This document shows, piece by piece, positions 53,278-64,000 of a stretch of 64,000 nt of DNA. The stretch is from Octopus sinensis. Taxonomy: Eukaryota. The first letter of the stretch is position 1. Every line of letters begins with the position of its first letter. Where the stretch lies: positions 26,722,001-26,786,000 of the forward strand of contig NC_043020.1 of the NCBI RefSeq assembly GCF_006345805.1, in the 5' to 3' direction. Under the pieces are notes generated by a model, which saw only the letters and a program-made list of their open reading frames with translations, was not told the DNA's origin and searched no databases. Position numbers and translations under genes: made by a program.

Positions 53278-53629
53278 TAGATAGATAGATGTATAGATCT
53301 GGGTTGATTAATGTTTGCATTTACAAATATGGGAGATCATATTGAATACACAGTGGAAATATTTTACTCTAAGCTAGAGCTTTTTTGAATCATGCTTCAG
53401 AGTTTTTGTGTTGCCAATTATGCATATGAATAAATGAAGTGGAGAAGCACCAAGGCAATATATATGATGAAAGTCTTTGTTTTTTTTTTTGTCAAACATT
53501 ATATCTCTGAGTATTTTTGCTTAGATATTGTCATGCTACATCCCTGCCATAATCATCTCAATAATTGGTAACTTGAAACTCAGGTTTATGGTTCAAGGCT
53601 CCTCAACTTACACATATATTTGTATATAT

Positions 53630-53670
<41 letters not shown>

Positions 53671-55497
53671 TATTCACTCACGCATATTTATATGAACATA
53701 ACATGTTAAGTTATATATAAATACATATTTACTATTTTGTTATATTTTTTTAATTGATATGTTATTTTTCTCTTCATTTTTTTCTTCCGAACTTCTTTAC
53801 TTCTGCCAATTTTTGTTTTTCAGTGCGAATCCATGTGTAATTTTTTTGTTTCCTTTTTTTTTTATTATTATTCTTTTAAAATTTATTTTCCTGAAATACT
53901 TATTACCAAATGAAATTCTCTTGCCTTGTTTTGCTCATTATAAGCGCAGTCCAAAAAATAAAAAAAAAAAACTTTCAAAGTATGAATATATATATAAATT
54001 AAAAAAAAAAGATAACCCAACAAAAATCAAAACAAAACATATACAATTATATATATATGCAAAAAAATTTATTCAGAAAAACTGAAAAATTTGTTTTCCT
54101 TTAAATAATTTTTTTTAAAAGTTTTTTATTATTTTTTTTTTCATTTATTAAAATTTCAAAAAAAAAAAAATTCCTCTCTTCGAATTGTCCGTTTTTTTTT
54201 TGTCCTAATTGAAATTATTCTTTGTGTAACTTAACTGTTATTTTTCTTTCCTTCTTTTTTTTTGTTTTTAAAGAAAATTAATGTTCAATATTTTAAAATG
54301 GTAAAAAAAAATGTTTTCCTTTTCTTTTAATGATTCTGTCGAAAAACACTTCAAACCATGATTTCAATCGTAATACTATGTTATCATTAATTACCACCAT
54401 CAATATTATTATTATTATTCTATGAAATTGAGAAGCTTCCCCCTTCCACCCATAAGCCAACTAAATACACCCACCCCACCCCGTTCTTGTCCCATCCTTG
54501 AAATCCCCTTTCGTTTGACCCTTACTGGATTCAGGTGCTACAAGGTTTCTTCTGTACCCGGTTTGTATGTATATCATGCAGGGCTCACTGTTCTATCTAA
54601 CTGCTGTAAGCATATTGTTTTATGCTCCCAGAACGACTGAGACACTGTTTTAATTTGGTTTTATCTCTGACTCTAATTTCCTTAAGTAACAAGAACATTA
54701 TTAACTTCCTTCACATTATTATTATTATTATCATTATTTATTTATTCATAAAAGGTTGGAGGGTGGTGGATTGTGGCGAATCAGTTTGAACAACAGACGA
54801 ATATGCTTTGCGCGTTGTAGATGTGTCTCTTTACATTTTGAATATCCCCTATAGCTCTGGGATCGAGAAATAAGATACCAAAAAAAAAAAAAGAAAAATT
54901 AAGTATCAGTGATGTACTGGGGGACAGGTGAGTCTATGTAACTGACATACCACCCCTACTTTTTTCCCCCAACAAAATACAATAAGGCCTTGGGCCTGTA
55001 TCAAAATTTATCATCATCATCATTATTATGATTATTATTATTATTATCATCACCATTATTATCATTCAGAGTGGTGAATGGCAGAATTGGTAGGGTGTCG
55101 GACAAAAAATGCCTTGTGGTATTTAAGTTCTTTCCCTTTACATTCTCAGTTCAAACCCAGTCGTGCTTAACTGGGGTTGATTTAGTCAAAAGTTCCTTCT
55201 TCCAAAGTTTTGTGGCCCTGTGCCTCTGTTAAAAAAACCCTCATCATCATCATCATCACCTATATCATCATTATTGTCATTATTATTATTACCATAATAA
55301 TAAAGAAATCATTATTATTATTACTATTATTTTGATTATTATTATTATTATTATTATTATTATGATCCTTGACATTATGGTCATCATCATCATCATTATC
55401 ATACCGTTACATATACATAATTATGTGCGGGTGAAACTCCTGAATTGTGCAATATTTCTGTTCATGTTCATCACATCCATATACATTGGCCTGTCAT

Positions 55498-55535
<38 letters not shown>

Positions 55536-57379
55536 GATACATGCACTCATACTTACGCATACATACACGCAATAACAGAATCAGAAAACACACAGACAGA
55601 CACTGACACACACCCTCGCTCACTTTTTTTCTTTCTTTTGAGCTGTAGAATGAAAAAAAAAATTATATTTAAAAAATACAAACTGAAAATGGAACTAAAA
55701 GTATTACGTGAATTGGCAGAAAAATTACGGTGTTGGACAAAATGCCTCTGAGACATTAAGTTGCAGTCTTTTGGTCTTTTACAGTTTGAGTTCAAGCCCT
55801 GATGAGGTCAGATTTAGTCTGCCTCTTTTTTTTTTTTTTTTTGTTAGTGTCATTCTGGTGGAGAGTTGATAAGAATAAGGTACGGTACCAAGCAAGTTAT
55901 AAGAATTAGCATGTCAGTCAATTTATAATTCTTATAAAACCATTTTAGATGTGAATGGAATTATGTTGAAAGACTAAGACTTCACAACGTTGTCCAGAAT
56001 TACTGCAACCAACTCTAAATTTCTGAAAACAAAGTTTTTATGTTACTTAAAAAAAAAAAAAATTAAAAATATATAATAATAATATAAAAAAAATACTACA
56101 AAAAAGGACATTAAAAACTTAACACAATCAACCAGTTAATCAATAAATCAAACAAACCAAAAAAAAAAAAAAGTTTTTACCGATTCTGAAGACTTCTTCT
56201 TTCCTCCTGTCTAGAAGATGGCTGATTTCTTATGATCCCTGTAAAAAAAAAAACAAAAAAAATTTTTCTCTTGTTCTTCCAGCAGATAAAAAAATAATAC
56301 AAAAACATGGTTGGTTGGTTGGTTATATGGTAAACCAGCTGATAACCTATAATATATATATACATCTGTATATATATATAGCTTGTACATAAGTTTGTGT
56401 ATGATGTTGAGTGTGTTTCTATACATATATATATGAAATTATATATATATATATATAGGTGTGTGATTGTGTATGTATATACATGTGTGTGCGTGTGTAA
56501 TATATATATAAAAACATTAATGATTATAGCGACAATAATAAAAAAGATCAGATCAGTTCCTGAAATGCCTCTTTGCTCTCTCTCCCCCTTCCTATTAGCA
56601 CCCATTAATATGCAATACACACACACACACATATATATCCATATATACATTTAAAAATTTGTTCTAAATAGAATAAGAGAAAAATTAGTAACTCGGATAA
56701 GGATTGCTGTGTTATTTTGCCTACCATGAAATAATATGCTAAGCTGTACATAATCTTTTGATTATTATCATTATTATTATCGTTCTAGTTGCAGAATCAG
56801 TAGAGCTTCAGATAAAATACCTTGTGGTGTTTGGTGTCGCCTCAGATTGCATTCCGATTTTGAACCCCACTCAGGTTGGTTTTTGCTTTAGATGCATTTT
56901 TAGAAGCGGGGAGTAAAGTGGATTAACCATGACCATTAGGGAAAGGTGAGGTTGCTGAGAGAAGCAAAAAAGGGCAGGGTGTAGCAGCTGTCGGGTTTAA
57001 AATATTTAAGACCCTTTTTGCATCTTTTAATTCATTACAGAAATTTAATTAATGTTACCAGTAATTCTCTGGGACTGATGCAATCAAACTACATTTCCTC
57101 TGATTGCAAGCCTTGTAATTGTGGAAGAGAGATTGGTGTTAGATTACTAAGGTGTTAGTTAACCTGAAGTGCTCTCTTGTAGACTTTGAATATATATTTG
57201 AAGACCACCATAATTATTATTTTAAAAGATGGATTGCAGGCACATAAGCCTTGTGGTATTTATTCTGGTAATTTTACATTCCTGTTTCAAATCATAATGA
57301 GGCTGACTGTCTTGTTTTCCTTACATAGTGAATAAGGTACCATTCAAGTCCTGGGATTGATAATATCGACATACTCTTC

Positions 57380-58211
57380 AAGGCAGAAACGTTAGCATGC
57401 TGGGCGAAATGCTTAGCGATATTGCATATCTTTACGTTCTGAGTTCAAATTCCATCAAGGTCGACTTCGCTCTTTCATCCTTTTGAGATTAATAAATTAA
57501 GTACCAGTTGTGTACTGGGGTTAATCTAATTTTAAGCCTTGTACCTAGAGTAGCAAAGAATATTGACTTATTCTTTTCTCTAAAAGTTGCTGGCCTTGTG
57601 CCTAAAGTAGAAATAGTATTATCGTTATTATTTATTATTAAGGTGGCCAGTTGGCAGAATCATTAGCACACTGGGCATAATGCTGTGTGACATTTTACTT
57701 GTCTTTATGTTCTGAGTTCAAATTCTGCTGAGGTCAACTTTGCCTTGCCTATAACATAAAGGATTATTATTATTATTGACAAAGGCATTAGATAAAGTGT
57801 CTTGCTATGCTTAGTTATATCCCGCTATATTCTGAGTTCAAAGCCCAACAGGGTCGACTTTGCACTTCATTTTGCGACAGCTGAGAGAATATTTTAAAAT
57901 GTGCTTATACTTGACTCTTAATTTGAGAAAATGGCTTTTGGAATTTAGTTATGGACCTTCCAAGTTCAAAATCTCTCCAAGGTTGGCTTTACTCATTCGT
58001 AGCTTGAATGTTATCATTATTATTATTATTATCATTATCATTATTATTATTAATAGCTGGCATTTCATCATTCCAAACGAATTGTATTCCCTGTTTAATG
58101 TTAAGGGTATGAAAATAAAAAAGCAGACAACAAAAATATTTAGGAAAATGGTCCCTAAAATTTATAGACGTTTTATAGTTGTATATTCATGTATCGATAT
58201 GTATATACATT

Positions 58212-58251
<40 letters not shown>

Positions 58252-58985
58252 TGTGTGTAAAACTCTAGAAATATATTCACTTGTCCCTAAAACAAAAACA
58301 GCATTTTGATAGTCTCATGTCTCTCACTCAATGATATATGCACACATACACACAGTAATATATACAAAAAAAAGAAAGTGCTTCCTCGACAGACCTACAC
58401 AGGTTTCTGTTGTCCGTCTGTTTTCTAGTATGATCATGGGCTGCTCACATAAATGCTGTATTCTCTGATCCTAGATATTGGTTTTGTGTCTTGTCATTCT
58501 TATTATGGTAAGGCAGCAAGCTAGCAGAATTGTTAGCATGCTAGACAAAAAGCTCAGTGACATTTCATTCGTCTTTATGTTCCAAGTTCAAATGCTGCCA
58601 AAATTGACTTTTGCTTTCCATCCTTCCAGGATCGATGAAATAAGTACCAGTTGAATTCTGGGGTTGATGTAATTGACTATAACCTATTCCTTCAAGATTT
58701 CCAACCTCGTGCCAGTAGTAGAAAGGATTATTATTATTATTAATTATTTTGGAAATAATTTAGGTGGCGAGTTTTCAGAATTATTAAGCACACTGGGAAA
58801 AAATGTTTTGCATCATTTCATCGGCATTTGCATCCAGAGTTCAAATTCTGCTGAGGTCAACTTTACTTTTCCTCCTTTCAGGAGCAGGTTGATAAAATAA
58901 GTAGCAGTTGATCACCGATGTAGATGAAATTGATTTACCCGCTCCTCTGAAATTGCTGGCCTTGAGCCAAAATTTGAAACCATTA
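57380..58985 (+). mobile_element. Cluster of Deu/Nin-like SINE copies
   Basis: Repeated ggcagaa..gttagca...gagttcaaattc...gtcgactt motifs at about 57380, 57640, 58510 and 58760. Confidence 0.7.
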
Positions 58986-59663
58986 TTAGTTATAGGTGAA
59001 TTGAAAGAATTCTCAAAGCACATGTCGAAATGTCTTGCATGTTTTCTAGCTGCAAACTATTACAACTAGGCCCTTTCAGATCTTTCTTTTATCCAAAGGG
59101 TGATAAAACAATGTCAGTCAAAAATTTTAGGGGCCCAATATACAAATATAATCCAACTTTATACCCCCTCCCCATCAATTATGTAGACTCTCGTGCCCAT
59201 ATGTTAAATCCATTTTATTTATTATTACTAAATTAATAATAGAATTAGTGACAGCAAAGATAATAATAATAATGATAGTCATAGTAGACTTCTATATTTT
59301 ATCTTCGCTTGTTTTAGCTAAGATGCTTTTGTCTCTTTTACACAGACACACACACACCTGTACATGTATACACTTAATTTAAAATCATAAACAGAGAAAA
59401 ATAAAGTGCTATCTATAATATAATCTCTGCCCTTAGCCCCAAAATAAACATATGCTATGAATCCTAAAACAGCCAGGCATGGCCCAGCACAACAACAGCT
59501 TCAGGCACATATGTATAGCTTTAGATTTTTGCTCTTCTCTATATCTATGCATTATCAATACACACACACACACACATAATTTATATATTTCTACTGATGG
59601 GGAGGGGAGAGAGGGACTTATGACGGCATATTCTTCTGGTTGGTTTGATTGGTCAAAGATCAA

Positions 59664-60050
59664 TTGACATTTTTTTTTCTTTTCTCCTTTCATAAAAATA
59701 CTACTGATGAAGTTATACAGAAACAGCATGTATATATGCATATAGTAACTTAAGATACACAAATGTCTTGAATAGTCATTAACTTTCTTCATTTAACTAA
59801 TTATTGGTATGTATTTGTTTGTGTCTTGTAATTTTCTGATTTTCAAATTTTGACATTTTTTTTTCTTTTCTCCTTTCATAAAAATACTACTGATGAAGTT
59901 ATACAGAAACAGCATGTATATATGCATATAGTAACTTAAGATACACAAATGTCTTGAATAGTCATTAACTTTCTTCATTTAACTAATTATTGGTATGTAT
60001 TTGTTTGTGTCTTGTAATTTTCTGATTTTCAAATTTTGACATTTTTTTTT
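59664..60050. repeat. 186-bp tandem duplication
   Basis: The unit start TTGACATTTTTTTTT occurs at 59664, 59850 and 60036, and the units are identical. Confidence 0.92.
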
Positions 60051-63000
60051 TCTGTAGCCCTGCCCCCTACTCCTATCTCTAATGTCCATTATTTTATTTA
60101 TTTTTTTTTTGTTATTGTTGTCTTTGAATGTGTATGAAAGTCTTGTGTTTGCAGACAGCTTGTTTCTCATTTTTTTTTTTCGGAATGGGCTTTTTGGGAA
60201 TGTTATATATATATATATATATATAATGTATGTGTGTATATATATAATATATATATACATATATATATATACTTATATGTTTTTCTAGTTGTTTAGTCTG
60301 TTTTAGCCATCACGGCTACGGTCATGCTGGAGCACTTATATAAATATGTATGTGTATGTATATGTCTATAATATGCGTTTTCAATATATATATCTCTGCA
60401 TTGTGCATGACTGATTTTTTTGTAATGAAAAACATGCAAAAAAAAAAGATTTTTCATTGATGCATAAACAAAGAAAAAAAATAAAGAGAATGGATTTAAA
60501 AAGAGAAATAATAAACATTTAAAAAAAACAGAAAACAAGTGTTTGGTGCATGATTTGTTATTAGACTTGTATATTTCGGGGTCACCCATTAAGAACAAGG
60601 ACTTGAAACCAAATAAACTTCACAAAAAAAAAAAAAATGATGCAAGCAGCATAATTAAAAGTGACCCCTTTGCAAATTGCATGTGTATGTGCTAATATTG
60701 TAATTAATGCCGGTCTGATTATGAGTTACAAAAACAACCTAAAGTACAAAAAAAAAATCATCTTACTACTGTTTTTCTTTTATTAAAATCTTGAATAAGG
60801 GGCATGTTTTTTTTTTTAATCTATGATTTTAAATGTCTTATTGTTCTTGGTTTGAAAAAATAAAAAAAAAAACCCAAAAGTAACAGGTTGCCTGTGGAAT
60901 GGTGGGGCTCAGTTGTCTTGCTATGATGTTATCAGCATTATTATTATTATTATTACTCATCATTTATTTATTTTTATTTTTCAAGTCGAATCTCATTTTT
61001 ATTGTTTTTAATTTTTGGTTTTTTTTTGCAATTTAGAAAACAAACAAAATATAATAACAAGGAAAGAAAAAAAATAGAAAAATAATTTTTAAAAATTCCC
61101 AACCAAAACCAAGATTATTATTGTTTGCATGTACACACACACACACACTATATATATATATATATATATATAGTATATATATATACTTACCAACACACAT
61201 GCGCTGATGAATGATTTTGCTATTTTGTAATATTTGTTGGTCTGAAAAAAAAAAACAAAAAAAATCAAACCTTTTGCTTGAATTGAACTTGTATATAATT
61301 ATGTGGAAAACTTGGAGAAGGAGGTTGTTTACTGCTGCAAATTTAATTAGTTAATTAATGATAATTAATGTAGAAATTAATGTAGAATGCTCTTTACTTA
61401 TTCTAGTTTCACCGTAAAGCAGTTTGAAAAATTTAATAGATTAGATTTAAATACAATGATGAGATGAATTAAAATATTCATAGAAATTATAATTAATTTT
61501 ATTATTAATGTCTTAATTTTGAAGAAAATCCTTATTAGTCAATTAATTAAAAAAAAAAAAATTATATTCGTCACAGCTTTTTATTTCTCTGTTCCTAAAC
61601 TTTAGTGTCCCTGCATTGTACATGTATGTATATATATATGTAATATTCAGATTTTGTGACCTTACAGTTAGGATGCTGTTTCTGAGAGTTAACCATAACC
61701 TTCAGAGATCACAATGTCTGTGTGATAAGGAAAAATCAGTGAGCCAACTGTAAAATTGAAAATCTGAGTAAATGAATATATATATATACACACATATATA
61801 TATACATACATACACGCAAGCTCTATATTTAAATTATACTGAGTTCTATAATGAAAATGAAGAATAGCAATTTATTCTGTTGCAGTCTATTTCTGTCTGC
61901 TCCCATCATTATTATTATTATTATCACTATTATGATTATTATTATTATTATTATTATTATTTCGCTCTAGCATTTTTTGAAACACTTTCAATCTTTGAGC
62001 AAAATCTACAATTGTTGTCTTTCCGTGTTTACAAACAGCCTCCTTTCCAAATGAATGCTATATATATATATACATATACATATATATATATATATATACA
62101 CACACAACACATGAATGACATGAAATGTAATTGTGCTGTAGTAATGTGGAGCATGCTATCTCTTGAAAATGAAATGAAAAAAAAAACAAACTGCATTTTT
62201 TTCTTGATTGTATATTTTTCTGGTTTTTTTGAGCAATGCCTCCTGTTTTTATTTGTTTTATTTTTGGCCTGTTTATAGTTTGTTGGAATGTTTGTACATT
62301 GAATGAACAGCTAGTCTTGAAGGAAATAATGGACTAAAAAAATCACACACATGTCCCTTGCCTGAGACGTGCATGCATGCATACACACCCCCCATGTATG
62401 TATTGTTATGTTAGGGACCTTATAAATACAAGCAGCATGCACATGTATACACCCATATTTATATAAAAATATATATAAATCTCTATGTATATATGACATG
62501 CATTAGATGTATATCATATATACATTATATGTGCATTTATATACATGAAATTATACATACATGTGAACAGAAGTATACACACACACACACATACGATATA
62601 TATATATTTATAAAGTAGAAACACTTATACATGTATATTCGTTAAGGATCTTGAATGTTCTTTTTGTTCCCCCATGGGTTAAAATGGATTAATTAACTCT
62701 TAATTTGCAAGCAGACCCTAAAATCATGCAGTCCCCCCAAAACTCACAAATTTGCTTTCAGTTTCTTATCAAAACTATCTCCTGGAAACCCCCAAACTCT
62801 ATTCAGCTTTTACTAACCAACATACATTTTTTTTGTTGTTTTTTTCAGGAAGGGGTAGGTGGAATTTAATGATTTAATGCCCTGTTTATTCCCCTACAAA
62901 GTGAAGGGATTAGTAATTTCTCAGTCAGCAACATAGTGTTAAAATTTGGGTCTTTGCTATTTCATTTCTCTCTGCCCCCATTCCCCCAACCACCACCACC

Positions 63001-64000
63001 AGTATATCATCACCACCAACTGCATTTGCGAAGTACATGAACATCACACGATCTCTCACTTCAGTTCTCTTATTAACCTGAGACCTTTTGTACCTGTCTA
63101 AGAATATAATCGACTGCTGATCTGTCTTGGTTTTCCACAATCGGGGCTTCCAAATTTCCTATTATTATCTTTGCTGTTATAATTGTTGTTGTTATTTAGC
63201 TCCAGGGCAATCCTGATCGAGCTGACCCATGGTCAAAGGTCTTCTGCGCCAGCCATGACAGACCAATCTGATATTTTATGTTTGTTTTTATAGGGTAAGT
63301 AGAATTACAGTATCCGATGTTTCCTTCCATTTTTCTTTTAGTGTTGTGTGATGTGGGAGAATGTAGCTGCTGTTTCTAGCAAATTGTAGAGGCTCTTTTT
63401 TTTTAGCTGTAGAACATCAATAGTAAAATGCTTAAACCTGAGTAGTTTGCATTTCGTCTTTGGAAGTGGGGGGCAGGTTAGAGCTGAAAGCTGACTTTGG
63501 TGAGGGATAAAGTGAAGAAGTAAACAAACTTAGGGAAATATGGTGATAATGGTTGAAATGGATATGATTGTTGAGATCCCTTAAACTCGGGGTCTAACTG
63601 AACCCTTGCAACAGAAATTTGGTAAAATGAAATTGAACTGGAATCAAACAGTATTCTAAAATGCAATTGTCATTCCCATGACTTTGGTCTCTCTGACACC
63701 GTGGTAGAAGCAGGGCAAGAAAGACACTGCCAAAGGTGGCAGCCACCAATGAAATGATCATCTGATAATGTTCATTTCAGATAGGCAAAACATCTTTGTT
63801 GGTGGCTGTGAGTAAACCTAGTGCTTTATGTTCTTTTATATGTTTCAGTCATTGGACTACGGCCCTTCTGGGGCTTCTACCTTGAGGGTTTAGTTAAAGA
63901 AATCAACCCAGTGCCTTTTTTTTAAACTCTGGTATTCTATCACTGTGATCATAAACAAACCAACTGTGGTTCTCAAGTGGTGGGTAAATAAACACAAAGA

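Noticed and set aside
43000-64000. Scattered TGCATG motifs and AATAAA signals downstream of the stop
   Set aside because: Most lie in TG/CA/TA microsatellite-derived or very AT-rich sequence where chance occurrence is high. A poly(A) site cannot be assigned from sequence alone.

Overview
This is very AT-rich, microsatellite-dense animal genomic DNA. Its repeat content (tRNA-derived SINEs, TTAA-flanked MITEs, long (TA)n/(ATT)n tracts) looks like an octopus or other coleoid cephalopod genome; that assignment is inference. Almost all listed ORFs are microsatellite artefacts. The window holds the 3' half of a + strand Rbfox (Fox-1/A2BP1) RNA-binding protein gene. Six short coding exons (2220-2280, 17076-17223, 19183-19240, 20905-21002, 31814-31880, 41614-41658) splice in frame from the end of the RRM (VNNATARVMTKK) to the conserved C-terminus YRGGYQRFAPY*. 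Main observation: three copies of Rbfox's own binding motif TGCATG lie within 81 nt upstream of the 67-nt penultimate exon, one inside the 3' splice site. Skipping that exon shifts the last exon into a second frame ending ...LHHTEVT*, which lacks the RFAPY NLS and matches the frameshifted C-terminus I recall for vertebrate RBFOX2 (...LPPTEVT*). This suggests an autoregulatory nuclear/cytoplasmic isoform switch built on a dual-coding last exon. Also present: long fold-back hairpins in the last intron and downstream of the stop codon, several degenerate Penelope-type minimal hammerhead ribozyme motifs, a higher-order tandem repeat, local tandem duplications, and low-confidence candidate alternative exons.
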